Origin: Podarcis melisellensis
Lineage: Eukaryota
Assembly (NCBI GenBank): GCA_964234715.1
Contig: OZ174281.1
Length of the DNA: 64,000 bases
Reading direction: 5' to 3' (one strand)
Under the pieces are notes generated by a model, which had not been told where the DNA came from, did no database searches, and was given only the letters and a program-made list of their open reading frames with translations. The translations under genes and the position numbers were made by a program. Position 1 is the first letter of the stretch; every line of letters begins with the position of its first letter. Shown in pieces: positions 26,601 to 40,052 of this stretch.

Positions 26601-27367
26601 TCAGATGTTGCTTCAGCAGCAGGGCTCTTCAGATTGAGCCTTAAATAGGAGCTGCAGCTATTTCTCTGTTGCTGAGAAGAAACTTCATTTAAAGGGGCCA
26701 GGCTGCTTTAGCAGTTGATTTCTCTGAAGAGCAGAGAAGGCTGTGGTTGCTGTAGGAGTTTTGAGGTGGAGTTCTCAGAGGGATGCTGGCACAAAGGATT
26801 CTTCCTGCAGAAGCAATTCCAGTTGGTTAGGTGCTTCTGAATCCACAAGCTCATCCTCTGAAAAAGGCTCAGGTCATGACAGTTACCACTATATCCTGTT
26901 GAGTGTTTTTGCATGGAGGAGGGGGCCAGCATTCTTAACTGGAGGGGCTTATAACTCAGTCCTGTGCAGGTGTGTGGCTACCGAGTGTCTAGTTGCATCC
27001 ACTATAGGTCTCCACATTACCTCAGGGCCTTAGAGTCTGGCTCCCTCATGCAGTGGATCTCAGCAATGGATACCAGCAACCTCTAGCAAATTGTCTTTGT
27101 TCATCTGTAAAATAGAAAATGCAATGATCTTTGTCAAAAAGGTAATTGCTTCTGTTTGTTTGTTTCTTTTCTCTTTCTTTCATTATGAACAAGATAAAGA
27201 AATGTTAGTAGAGGCCCCAGGCTTAGGAATACATCAAGATAAAACAAATGCTATGTCCATCTTTGCCTTTGGGATTGCCAAATCTTTATTTTATCAATTG
27301 TGTCTTTTATTAATCATATTTAAAATGTAAATTTTAATAATGTTTTTGTTCTTTTTTACTGTTTCAG

Positions 27368-28628
27368 GGAACAGAATGTTTGTGGAATGAACCAGGATTT
27401 AACTGGACAAGCAATGGGAAAGCCATTGAACCCAATTAGCTCCAGCAGTCCTGCCCATCAGGCCATGTGCAGTGGGAATCCAGGTCAGGATATGACCATC
27501 AGTAGCAATATGAATTTTGCCATAAATGGCCCGAAGGAACAAATGGGCATGCCAGCAAGCAGGTTTGGTGGTTCAGGCGGGATGAACCATGTGTCAAGTA
27601 TACAAGCATCCACTCCTCAGGGTAGTAACTATGCACTAAAAATGAATAGTCCCTCTCAAAACAGCCCTGGCATGACACCAGGTCAGCCAAACTCTATGCT
27701 ATCCCCACGGCACCGTATGAGTCCGGGAGTGGCAGGCAGTCCTCGGATCCCACCCAGTCAGTTTTCCCCTGCAGGAAGCTTGCATTCACCTGTTGGGGTT
27801 TGCAGCAGCACAGGAAATAGCCATAGTTATACCAACAGTTCCCTCAATGCACTTCAGGCTCTCAGCGAGGGGCATGGAGTCTCTCTGGGGTCATCCTTGG
27901 CTTCACCTGACGTAAAAATGGGTAATTTGCAAAATTCCCCTGTAAGTATGAATCCTCAGCTAAGCAAAATGGGAAGCCTGGACTCTAAAGATGGCTTTGG
28001 ACTTCATGGGGAGCAATCAGAAGGTACAGCTGGACAAGCCGAGAGTGTCTGCCATTCAGGAGAACTGAAAGAAAGTAATGATGGCATGCCCCAGGTTGTT
28101 GGTGAGAGGCCTGATGGACAGAACAGACTTCATGATGGCAAAAGCCAGACAAAGCTCTTACAGCTGCTGACCACCAAATCTGATCAGATGGAGCCTTCAC
28201 CTTTGTCTAACGCTATGGGAGATGCTAACAAGGACTCCGCGGGAGGTTTATCTGGTTCTGGTTCAACGCATGGAACCTCGCTCAAGGAGAAGCATAAAAT
28301 TTTGCACAGGCTCTTGCAGGACAGTAGTTCTCCTGTAGACTTAGCCAAGCTCACAGCAGAGGCCACAGGGAAAGAACCGAGCCAGGAGACCAGTAGCACA
28401 GCTCCTGGTTCAGAGGTGACTCCAAAACAGGAACCGGTGAGTCCCAAGAAGAAAGAAAATGCACTACTTCGCTACTTGCTAGATAAAGATGATACTAAAG
28501 ATATTGGTTTACCGGACATTACCCCCAAGCTGGAACGGTCGGACAGTAAGACAGACCCTTCCAGTAGCACAAAGCCAGTAACTATAAAGACAGAAAAAGA
28601 AGAGATGCGCTTTGAGCCGAATGAACAG
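27368..28628 (+). CDS. NCOA2: NCOA2 large exon (Ser-rich region and nuclear-receptor interaction domain with three LxxLL boxes)
   Basis: ttcag|G GAA CAG ... GAA CAG|gtaag, 1261 nt. NR boxes: LLQLL 28155-28169, LHRLL 28302-28316, LRYLL 28467-28481. Confidence 0.98.
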
Positions 28629-28826
28629 GTAAGAGACTCTTTTTTGTTGTTGTTCATTCAGGAAATTTGTCGTGGAAATGATCCTTGCTCATTTGCGTCA
28701 ATGTCTTCCCTTTATACAGGGTTGTGGGTTGTTTTTTTGTTTTGTTTTGGCTAGGGTGGTTGATTATGTTTGTGATTGGAGGCAGTTGCCTTGCTTGTAT
28801 TGCCAAGACCTGGCTGGCTGAAAGGT

Positions 28827-28856
28827 CCAATCTAGACCTTGCCAATCTAGACCTTG
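28827..28856. repeat. 15-bp tandem duplication
   Basis: CCAATCTAGACCTTG, two copies. Confidence 0.9.
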
Positions 28857-30000
28857 CAGTGTGGTTCTTGGTAGAACATCAGCTGGGTGTTGGGGAGGAA
28901 ATGTAGGCGTGAAGAAGCAACAATTTTTAGAGAAAGCCGGCGACATTCAGTGCCTGACATCGGCTTTCTGTGAGGAGGGTGCCGAAAGGGAACTTCAGAG
29001 GTAGTGGGATGCAAAGCTAGTACATTGAGCTGTTTGAAAAAAGCATTCCACAGAGGAAGGACGAAATGGTTCATTGTGCAAACTGCACAAAAGTGTCCTA
29101 AAATGACATAGATACTTCTGTGCAAAAAAAAAAAAAAAGCACACAGCAAAAACTCACTCTAGAGTGAGAAAGTGAAAGAATCATAGCTGGTGCAGGAAAA
29201 ACTTACAGGAAGTATAATCTAAATATAGATCAAAGCTTAACCCATGTGTTGTAATGATAGAACAGAGAATATTATAAATTGTTCCGCTGTCCTCTTGAGT
29301 CTTCTTCTCATCCTTTTCTCCTTTCTAGAACAAAAGTGGTAATGTTTTTGCAATACCTACTGGATAGAATTGTTTATGTTTTACTTTTGAAGTGACATCT
29401 GTTTAAAATAACAGCTAATTTGTATGTATAGTTTTTATTGTAAATATGGCATGGTCATAGTAGAGTAAATATTTTATGAGGAGGAATTTGATGGAAAAAG
29501 AATAACATTTTCCTTTCTAGTGTAACTTTTTCTGAACAGGAAATACTTTGAAGCATGTTAAAAGACCAAAAATAGCATTATTCCAGGTAGCTTATTTAAA
29601 TAGTCATCTTCCCAGCATACAGATTTGAGTATTTCAGAATTCTTTTCTATCAAACTCATTTCTAAACAACAACACCCCTTTTTAATGTTTCTGAGTTTTA
29701 TTACAGCTAGCTACTAGATTTTGGCCAAACATATATTCTAAAAGTACTTGTTTATTATATGTACACCATCAGTTTTTGTATAGGAGGTAATAATGGTCAT
29801 GTTATCTAAGCATTTCTAGCCCCTGTAGCTCAGATCTGTTCTGGTGTCAAATTATAAATTTGTGTTGTGTTTACACAGCAGTCCTTTAACTTAGGTAACA
29901 ATTACTGTCCCCCAACTTTGTCAGTATGTGTCCCTTTTCTTCCAAACCTATTAAAAGAGACTGAAGTAGATTTTCATGCTTAAATATCTTCTAAAAACTG

Positions 30001-30127
30001 TCTCCATAGGAACACATTAATTGATTTTCAATGCATTCCTATGGGAAACCGTGCTTCGCAAGACGAAAAACTCGCAAGAAGAAAAAACTTGCGGAACGAA
30101 TTAATTTCGTCTTGCGAGGCACCACTG
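30001..30127. mobile_element. Tc1/mariner (Tigger-like) MITE fragment, one end only
   Basis: Ends ...TTCGTCTTGCGAGGCACCACTG followed by TA; internal CGCAAGA repeats. Confidence 0.65.
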
Positions 30128-32815
30128 TATATATAGGAATGGTCTTATATTGAAATGGTGGCTTTGGAAGCATTCACATTTGAGTTTGCTACATGGAAAA
30201 CTGCAGAGAAGCAGATAGAGTGCTGGGGCAAATTTAAGTGTTGAATGCTTCTGGCATGTCTTATAGTTTAAATTTTTAATTTTTTTATTAAATATGTCCC
30301 CCTACCTACAAGTCATGCGCCAGCAGATGTCTCTTAGAATGGTGACTACACTGTGCTGTCCCCCTAAATACAATTACAGAATAAGGAGATGGAGGTGGTA
30401 GTCTAGATGGTCTGTACTCATTGAAAGGTCAGGCAGCTTCTCATTTATACAGTACAATTTTAGCCCAGGGTTCAGCTCTAAATCCTACCTTGAATGTCCT
30501 GGAGCTGATGCTCAAATCATGGGAGGAAAGATTAGGGGCCTTAGTGAAATCTAACAGCCCCAGACCTTAAATTGCCTAATTTTAGCCAAATCATACCTCC
30601 CTAAGCCTTCAATAAAAAAGTAACTGGAAGATGGGATCCCAAAGTAATGGGGCCTGAAAATGGCTGGATCTAATCCTTCACATAACATTTAACCAGACTG
30701 TATGTAGCATGTGGTTAATTGCCTTTGTTCCCCATCATTATCTGCTACTTGGAGTGGTGGTGGTGGTGATGATGGTGATGGTGGTGAAATGCTGAGAAAC
30801 ACATGAGTTTGCCCATATATTGTAGAAGTGGTAGGGGACAACACAGGACTGCTGTATTTTGGTAGCACTTCCAGACAGAGTGTTTCATCTAGTACTCCTC
30901 AATATTATTCAGGGAGGTAAAATCCCTAGCTGTCAGTGAGATGTCTAGAATGAGCATGATTCATCTACCCAATCCCATAAGGACAAGCCCTGCACATTTG
31001 GGAGAACCCCCCAGAACAGTGTGCGGGAGAAGAGAGGAGAGATTGTTCTGTCCGGCAAGCCGCAATGCTTGCGCTGATGGGGTGGATGTTCACTATAGCA
31101 TGATGTTGAATTTCACCCAGTCATTCCAGAGTCTGAGTCACTAGGGCAAAGAATGGTAGGTGGGATTCAGTGCCTGCAAGTGCAAAGTGATGCACATTAG
31201 TTAGGAGAAATATGCATATATTTACAGATAGACAGACAGTTGTCCAAAATAGTTGAAGTTGCTTCTGTATATGCCTGTTGTATATTGAAATACTTATTTT
31301 TCAAGTAAATACTTGCATAAAACTTTTTTAAACATTGATACATCTTTTGTTAATTTTGTATAGTAACATATAACATAATTTATTTATTATTATTTATTAA
31401 ATTTCTATACCGCCCTTCATCAGGGTCGTTCACAACATAAAATATACAAAATAAATGGTAAAAGTACAAATGATAAGGAGCTGAACAAGAAAAGTTGATA
31501 TAAAATACATAGTACTATCAAAGTGAGCACTCATTAAATATAATTAATGATGTAATAAGTTCTGACCTGCAGTGTATAAGTATCTTGATTGAAAAAAGGA
31601 AATTTTAGCAATCTTTAACATTTTGCATTTTTTTGTCAGTCTGTTTAATTAAAAAATTAGCTTACAATTAACTCAACACTTGGGCTTTAGCATTTTTTTG
31701 TCTAATGTTCTATTATAGTAAATGAGTCTCGGTTACTAACAAAGTTAGTCATGGCATTTATTTGTGAATTTTGTGTGTGTGTTCTATAGTTGTCATGTTA
31801 CATAGAAAGATCTATTAGTGCTGCAAAGACTGAAATTGTATTTGTGGAGGGTGGGGATACATTCTTCATTTTGCAAGGCAGCGCTCCATGTACCATTTTA
31901 AGATAAATTCCCACAACTATCCAGAGGCAGTATGGAAGATTATAGAATAATCTGGAGTAGTTAACATGTTGCCAGTCTGTTGGATTGTTGCCTGTTCATT
32001 CTGTAGAGAGGATTTTATGGCTGTTCCATGTACAAAAATATTTGCATTCATTATAAGCATTTTTGAGTTGTTCGTTCACCTGGTCAGCTTTAATTTTCTT
32101 AAGAATTTTTGAGTCAATTAAACTTTCCTCACCCCATCAGATGTTTTGCATCCTGCGGCATGTATGTTGGTAAATTTCCCTGATTCTCAAACCAGTAACT
32201 TCCTGTAAATTGGGAAATTTTACATTCCGTCAAACTAAGATTCCGGCTGTGTAGGCGATTTCTCACTACATGGAGATAACCTGTGTATGTTTTTAAACTA
32301 TGCTGTACTTTTCTGCCACCAATGAAAAGCCTATGCAAGATGTAAAGCATTTTTAGCCATGTGGAAGTAACTGTTCTATAGAACGTTTTTTAGCCCTGTC
32401 ATAAACGAGCAGAATTACAATAGTGGCAGAATGCTGATTTTTGCTGAACAAAGATTCTTTGTTTCGTCCATGGAAAGCTACAGCCCTTGGAGATATCTCT
32501 TTGCCAATTCATGGTTGGGCTCTGGGGAAAGAATATTAGCAATTTGCTTTAAGGAGAGAACTTTAATTGGTCTGCTTTGTGCTAACAGAAAGCACAGTGG
32601 TGGGGAAGCTTGAGGCCTTTGGGTGCAGACACACAGTCAGCCTTTTCTATATGTCAGACTAGACCACACTAGATTTTGCTTTGTTAGGAGTAAATATCAG
32701 ACAACCCAATTGATAGAAGATACAAGTTCTCATATTCTTATCTTGTACTTTGACTGCCAGAGAGCTTGTCCAAACTATGAAAAATGAATGTTTTCTTGTT
32801 TCTGTTTCATCAAAG

Positions 32816-33026
32816 CCTGCCAGCGAGCTAGATAATTTGGAGGAGATTCTAGATGATCTGCAGAACAGCCAGTTGTCGCAGCTTTTCCCAGATACCCGAC
32901 CAGGTACTTCAGCAGGATCAGTTGACAAACAAGCCATCATCAATGACCTCATGCAGATCACAGGTGAAAACAGCCCCGGCACACCTGTTGGAGCCCAGAA
33001 ACCCCAAATGCGGATCTCTCAAAGCA
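32816..33026 (+). CDS. NCOA2: NCOA2 coding exon
   Basis: caaag|CCT (AAG acceptor) ... AGC A|gtgagt. Encodes [29 protein letters not shown]...QMRISQS. Confidence 0.94.
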
Positions 33027-33586
33027 GTGAGTCTGAGTTGTTGCTGGACTGAAATTGTTGTGATAAGAAAAATGTAGGCTTTGCAACAGTGCCTCTGGGT
33101 CTTTCAGATTGTCTGCGCCTTTAAAAAAACCTGCAGTAATCAAACAGCACCACCTGCTGTTCTAATCCATAGGATCAACATTTTGAAATGGATGTAGCGT
33201 CTCCTGAAACCATGATATCGCACTGCTTAGGAAGTCTAAGTCACTGTCGATTTAAAATATGTACTTCTTGCTGAGAATTTTTTTACTTTATTTCTATCAT
33301 TAATGCATGAATTGCCACACATTATTGACATGAAATATTACACTGTGTAAAGGAGTTGATGTTTTACAGTAAAATAGACGTACTTCACAAAACCATGAGG
33401 TCACTAGGGAAGTGCACAGCTGTGATCATGGTTTTCACAGAGAGCACTTGATAGTTGAAAGTAAAAGCTGTTCAGAGTCCTTCCTATGAGCAAAGTATGA
33501 TGGGATGCATATAGGAGATACTCCCCACCCCCAGACTTGAAATGAAGCCTCTCAAAATCTGTGTGACTTATCACCTGAGTCACGTG

Positions 33587-33712
33587 TGGGGAAGCACTGG
33601 TCCTCCAGATGTTGCTGAACTACAGCTCCCATCAGCCCTACATGCATGACCTATGGGCAGGGTGATGGGAGCCATAGTTCAGCAATAACTAGAAGTCCAA
33701 AGGTCTCCCAAA
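33587..33712. mobile_element. Short palindromic squamate MITE
   Basis: TTGCTGAACTACAGCTCCCATCA ... TGATGGGAGCCATAGTTCAGCAA inverted arms; a related copy lies near 38776-38910. Confidence 0.6.
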
Positions 33713-34662
33713 CCAACTTAAATGAATGAAAAAGTTAGCACCAGACAGTTTGGGCTGCTGCTTGCTTCACTTAACAGGCAAGTGTTGCTGTGATGAGAAC
33801 CTTTACTCAGAAGTTTTTCATAGTGTGAGCTATTAGGACTTTTAACTGCCCACCCAGCTTTCCAAATCACCGACTGTTCTCATGTTTCAACATAATGTGT
33901 GTGTGTTTTTCTGTTGCTGAACCACACAACCCCATCTGCATCTCCAGGTTTACTCACGGAGGATTCCCCCCCTCCCAGTACACCTGCTACAACAGATCTG
34001 TGCATAGAAACCTACATCTGCCTGTAAATCACTGTTCCTAGTTGAATCCAAGCAAGTGAATGCTTTCAGCTATAAAAAATAGGGAATGGGAGGACATGTG
34101 CTTCAAATGAATTTAATTGAATTACTTTTTTTTAAAAAAAGCAGTAGTTTTAAATGAAGTGAGTAAATTACAAGGTTAATATCCTGTTAGGCAAAGTTTT
34201 GTGCGTGAAAATCAATTTCTAAAAATAAGCAGGTCCCAAAACGTTGCAGGGAAATCTTTCTTAAAATACTTTGTTTAAATATTTACCTTTCAGCTAGCCA
34301 CAGATGCCTCCAATATATAGGAGTTGGTCTATTTCAGTAAAATAGTGTGTTAAGCAGAAGTATTCTTCATTTATTTTTTAAATTGAATATTGCCTTGTGT
34401 AAATATCCACATATGCAAAAAGAGTAATATATCTTTTGAAAGTGTGTGGGGGGGAATATATATTTCTAACCATGACATTCTTGGGTTACTCTCTCAGAAA
34501 TAAGACAAAATATTATGAGCCATTCATAAGCCTCTTCATTGGTGTGTGTTTCTGCAAGTTGCTTTTTGAAATATTGTATATACAATATTTCACCTCAATT
34601 TTAAAATAAAAAATAAAAATAAATTATACTTCCAGTCTCTCAACTATTTTTCATCTTTTTAG

Positions 34663-34869
34663 CTTTTACCAATGCAAGGCAAGCTCAGTTGGGAAGGATG
34701 TTACCAAACCAGAATTTACAACTTGACATCGCATTGCAAAACCCACCAGGTGCTGGAGCTTTCCCACCCATAAGAAACAACAGTCCATATTCAGTCATAC
34801 CTCAGCCCGGAATGATGGGCAGTCAAGGAATGATGGGAAATCAAGGAAATCTTGGAAACAGTAGCCCAG
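34663..34869 (+). CDS. NCOA2: NCOA2 coding exon
   Basis: ttttag|CT TTT ... CCA G|gtaac. Encodes [29 protein letters not shown]...GNLGNSSP. Confidence 0.94.
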
Positions 34870-35923
34870 GTAACTTCAATACTCCCTTTTTGTGTGATGT
34901 TTCACATGGACTGGAATCTGCCGCATCACTGGACTCCCAGCAATGGCATTATTGTCACTTCCTAGAGAGGGGAGGCTAGTGTTATGCAACTGCACCACAG
35001 CAGGAGCATTGGATTGCCACAGGACTCACCTCCTCACCCCCCCTCTCCCTCCCAGTAAGCAGCAGCGATACTACTGCTGGGAGGCCAGAAGCTTGCCATG
35101 CCCCTTCTCACCAGTCCATCTTGAGAACTTTATTATTGGCTTGATTAGAGCAAAAGGTTTGTACTTGTGGGAAGCAAGATCATCCAAATGCATAAAACCA
35201 TTCCTTGGATGGATAGATCTCTACAGAAAAGAGCAGGAATAGTGATTGCACCTGGCTCTGATACCACTCACCCCATCAGTAAATGAAATTTGGGACTGCT
35301 ACAGTCATTGAGAGTTGGGGATTGAGAACCCAGTCCTGTGCATATTTGTTTGGAAGAAAGTCTTACTGAGTTCAGAAGGATTTGTTCCATGTAAATTGTA
35401 CATAGGATTCCTTTCTTAAAATGCAATCCTGTTTACTTGGAAACAAGTTCCATTACCTTCTATGAGATTAAACCAGTATTTTTCTCCAAAAGATGCGAAA
35501 GTTCTTTATGTCTCATGGATTTATTTTTATTACAGAGATCTCTGAAACATAATGTCTGCCATTTGATTTATCATTAAAGAACCATAGATTATTGGGAATA
35601 GTTTTGAAAGAGCATATTATTTTGCCATCATAAACGGTTCATGCAAATTACGGTTGTGTCAATACAAGGACCTGTTACATGGAATCAGATAATGGGTGTG
35701 TCTACTCTTATCAGACTTAGCTCAGGTCAAAAATTTAACCTACAGAGTTGCCATAATCAAAAGACTGTGTTGGAGAGGAGGAGGTTTGGAGGAAGGCATT
35801 GCATTTGAAATGCTATCTGATTTAGTATGCAAATTTCTAAAATAGTTTCCAAAGAACAATCAAAACTTAGTTTAGTACATCTCTCAATACTTGATTTAAC
35901 CTTTTCTGTGTTTATTTTAGTAG

Positions 35924-36139
35924 GGATGATGGGTAGTAATGCTCCTCGGCCTACCATGCCATCAGGAGATTGGGGAACCCAAGGTGCTGCTGTCAGGGTG
36001 ACCTGTGCTCCAACAACGAGTGCCATGAACAGGCCAATCCAAGGAGGCATGATACGTAACCCAACATCCAGCCTACCCATGAGACCTAATAGTCAACCTG
36101 GTCCAAGGCAGATGCTTCAATCTCAAGTCATGAATATGG
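35924..36139 (+). CDS. NCOA2: NCOA2 coding exon (alternative start at 35921)
   Basis: ttttagtag|GG ATG ATG ... ATG G|gtaag. Encodes [18 protein letters not shown]...QSQVMNM. Confidence 0.94.
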
Positions 36140-36558
36140 GTAAGCTGGAGCGTGGTCGTAGTCTGTTCTGCTTTTAATAGGTTTTGCATGATGACATCGT
36201 TAAGGACCACAGTAGCTAAGTGTAATTAGATGCTGTTTAGGAATTGGGAACTTGAGAATACCTTGTGCTATTATTATTATTTTTTTAAATATACTTCTGT
36301 AAACACGGTGGAAGATATTTATATTTCCTTTAGGGGTTGTAGAGTTGTATGATATCTGAACTGCAATGTTGGGCTCCATCAAGTCCTGCCATGAGCACAA
36401 TGTTCACAGGCAAAAAGAGATCCCTTAAGGGTTTAAAGTGTAAATAGTGTTTTAAGAAAAAGATGGTATGCATGGTGAACTCTACAATGCTATTGTTCTT
36501 AAAAGAGTTATTACCAGTTCCAGTGAGATGTGATATATTATTGATTTCCTTTCTTCAG

Positions 36559-36688
36559 GGGCTTCTGAACTAGAGATGAATATGGGAGGACCCCAGTATA
36601 CCCAGCAGCAGGCTCCTCCAAATCAGACTGCCCCATGGCCAGACAGTATCTTGCCCATAGATCAGACATCTTTTGGCAATCAGAACCG
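36559..36688 (+). CDS. NCOA2: NCOA2 coding exon
   Basis: ttcag|GG GCT ... AAC CG|gtaagt. Encodes [43 protein letters not shown]. Confidence 0.95.
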
Positions 36689-37060
36689 GTAAGTCTTTTA
36701 TTTAATGGTTGTCTTTGGTACATCTTTCAATTTATATACTGTATCCAGGTGGAAAGTCTACAGTTTCACATTTGCAAGTGCATATTGAATACATTTGTTT
36801 ATTGTGTCTTGGCCATCCTTGGCTAGCCTTACGTCACCGAATCAGAATAGTGAAAGTGGATGGATGTAGGCACTGTCAGTTAGGTAGACTTGTTTAGAGG
36901 AGGAAAGCGGTATACTGTACCCTACCTTGCTCCTTTTGGGATTAGCTGTATGAGTTTTCCCCTTGAGACAAGTTCAGCTTAACTAGGAATTCCAGGTGGT
37001 GTTAAAAAGTTGAACTCTACCTGAAGCTGTAGTGGTGTTTTGTTTTGTTATTAATTTAGC

Positions 37061-37206
37061 CAGTGCTTCCCCCCCCCCCGGGGGTACTCAATGGTACACA
37101 GTACCTGCACCTCCCCCCCAAATGTTAAAAGTGTGGTACTTACTGTATGTAACAACTTCATGGTGAGTACCGGTACCTTTTTCTCTAAAAAGAAAAAAGA
37201 GCAGTG
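37061..37206. mobile_element. hAT-like MITE
   Basis: CAGTGCTT...GAGCAGTG ends, internal GTACC motifs, and degenerate 8-bp flanks AATTTAGC / TATTTATC. Confidence 0.5.
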
Positions 37207-38775
37207 TATTTATCTGTAGCAAACGTATAATAAACATAAGATTAATATATATTAATAACTGTTCAGAACTTCTAAAATTCTTACATTACCAGTTTAAAAG
37301 TAAAATGGAATTTTGATAATGAAATCAATATAAAATGGAACTTGAGTAAGGCAATATGTAACTAAAATTTTAATAGAGTAGAATAAGTAATGCGAGTCTG
37401 ATTAATTCAAGATGTACCTTAAAATAACTTTTGTATAGCAAGAAAATAATACAAATAATCTGTAGTTTTGGTTGCAGTTGTGTGTATGCTCCCTAAAGAA
37501 GATTTTCTGAAGGGGACCATACAAGTCTCCTATCAAATTTAGTATCAAAACAATACCAAATTTTAATAATAAAATTCATCCATATAAACAACACAAAAAT
37601 AGCACCAGACTAATGAAAAAATTAAGTGAAAGCCTTGGTGAACAGTGGACACTTAACTTGAGATTGAAAGTCAAGCCTCTGAGAACCCAAGTCCCTTCTG
37701 AATAGCTGCGGAGGGAGAGTGCCGTTTGCAACAGAAAAGTGGCAGGTGGGAGAAGGAATCTTCACTTTCCCTGTGCTTGCCACTTTTATCTTCCCTTCCT
37801 TCCTGCAGACCCGTTTGCTGCGTCATTGGAAGAAAAGCAGCTGAAGAGGGTTGCAAGGGAAAAACAGCAAGCAGGAGGAAATCTGTTTTTCTCTCTTGCC
37901 TTCCTTCTCTGCTCCAGATTGTGTTCTCATTCATTTTGCTTTGTGGCTGCTTGGTCTGTTGCTGAATGTGTGGTCCTGTTCCATAACATAAGAGGCCGCA
38001 ACTGATACAGTTCTGCTTTGTGCCTTCATAAGTGAATGGAAAATAGGCATTTCACAATTGCAGTGGCACATTATACCAGTGAGCTTTATTGCTTCATTTC
38101 ATCCATTTCATCATTATATAATACTAACTGAATTTTGCATCACATGTGTGATGCATTTAGTGCTGCTTGTTTCCTTTAATTTTGTTATTCTAATTAATTT
38201 TTTTACAAAACCTAAATATTCTGTTCATGTGATTACCGCATTGGGATTCATTATTTACCACTCTGTTTTCACATGGGTGGTTTGATTTCATCACCTTTGA
38301 GGACAAAGCACATTAAATTTCACTATCTTTTGTGGGTATGTTATCGGGAACAAGCAGTGATCTTTATATGGTACAGAATAAGGAAAGAAACCATCAGCTT
38401 CTGTGTTGTCTGATTTAAATGATCTGATTAGGGTTATCATTAGTCATATAGCTTTTTACAAAATTAAGCTGTCAGAATAGAATAGATGGTCATGAATAAG
38501 AACAGAATGTATTGGTGTAAATCAGTATCGTGGCTTAAGCACTGCCGTTTCCCTGATTGATTGAGTTTGGCAAGTAGGCCAATCATGAGCTAAAGGCTGG
38601 AAAGGAGAAATGGCTTCTTTGTCATATCTTTGGAATAAATCTGTAAAATCCTAGGTTTATGACTGAGGGAAACTTGGAAATACATGGTTTTGTTTTGTTC
38701 TTAAGGTTGGTCTTTGATCAGGCTAAAAGTGATTACTACAGAAAATGCATCCTGTTTCTAAGCAAGCTTTAGAGC

Positions 38776-38910
38776 AGGGGTAGGGCCCCTGACCTGGCAG
38801 GTGGCATTAGATTCCTGCTCCCGTTAGCCCCAGCCAACACGGTCAATTGCCAAGGATTATGGGAATTGTAATCCAGCAACATTTGGGGATTCTTGGGTTC
38901 CCCAAAGCTG
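38776..38910. mobile_element. Short palindromic squamate MITE (degenerate)
   Basis: CAGGGGTAGGG ... ATGGGAATTGTAATCCAGCAACAT ... GGTTCCCCA; similar to 33587-33712. Confidence 0.5.
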
Positions 38911-39073
38911 CTTTCAAGCCTAAAATTTAGAAGGACTAAGTTGAGTGCAATTAGCATTGCAGAGCTGACACACATAAAAATGTGTGTATTAAATTCCCTA
39001 AACTAATTTGAACCTTCTGGGTGGTGAGAATTCTTGCTTGAGTTGCTTTCAAGTTGCTTGTTTCTTTTTTTAG

Positions 39074-39239
39074 GCAACCATTTGGGAACTCTCCGGATGA
39101 CTTGCTGTGTCAACACCCTGCATCAGAGTCTCCAAACGATGAAGGGACCCTCCTTGACCAGCTTTACTTGGCACTAAGAAATTTTGACGGTCTGGAAGAA
39201 ATTGACAGAGCTCTTGGGATCCCAGAACTAGTCAGCCAG
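39074..39239 (+). CDS. NCOA2: NCOA2 coding exon (AD1, CBP/p300-interaction domain)
   Basis: ttttag|G CAA ... AGC CAG|gtatt. Encodes [34 protein letters not shown]. Confidence 0.97.
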
Positions 39240-39690
39240 GTATTGTGCTGCTATTAAGCATTTCTCAAAATATATGTAGCTAAGGTATTTCAGTAGTGAG
39301 ATTTCTTTTTTCAAATGGACTTCAAATGCTGACCAGATGTAATAATTATAAATATCCCTCCACATAGTAACACTAAGGAAATTACAGTATTTCATTGATA
39401 ATGCAGTGTTTCCCTTTAATTTGAGAAGCTTTTGCATTTAATCTCACTCCCACTCCCATCCTAAGCAAAGTGCCTCAGAGAGATGGAGGAGTTTGTTTAG
39501 GTCTTAATTATAGACTAGCAGCTGGTCCTACCCTATATGTATGGGAACAGCATGCCTTTTGCTACACAATGGAGGGAGCAGAAAGGAAGTTTGGACTCAA
39601 GAGCCTGCAAGCAAATACCACTTGAAGCAGTGGTAGAGTGTTAACCTGCGTCACTTACCTCCTGCTTTGTCAGGCTAAAGATAGGATTTT

Positions 39691-40052
39691 CTGGGGTGTG
39701 TTGCAGTATAATACTGCTCCCAGGATCCCAGGTGACATTGGTAAAAGATGGCCCAGGAGTTCTTACCTTGAAATATAACCTGGGGTGGGTCAGCAGTGGT
39801 ACAAGGTATTCCAGACCGTATTACTTTTGGAAGTCTTTTGTAAAGCAGCTGGTAAGCTGCCTGTTTGCCAAGCTGAAGCCTTGTCTGTCTATCCATGGGG
39901 GCAGCCTCTAATCTACCACCCTCTTCAGTGTCATTCCAATGACAGAAACATCATATATTAGAGTATGGATGAGGAGGTAAGGACTCCTGGACCATCTTTT
40001 ACCAATGTTACTTGGGATTCTGGAAGCAATATTATACTGCACCACACCCCAG
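39691..40052. repeat. Long inverted repeat (78-bp arms, 206-nt spacer)
   Basis: 39691-39768 matches the reverse complement of 39975-40052 at 70/78 positions with no gaps. Confidence 0.95.

Noticed and set aside
26639-26649. CArG-like CCTTAAATAGG near an AP-1 TGACTCA
   Set aside because: Seven A/T bases rather than six; isolated motifs like these are expected by chance.
28931-28969. Small hairpin AGAAAGCCG...CGGCTTTCT
   Set aside because: Only 9 perfect pairs, with no snoRNA or pre-miRNA features.
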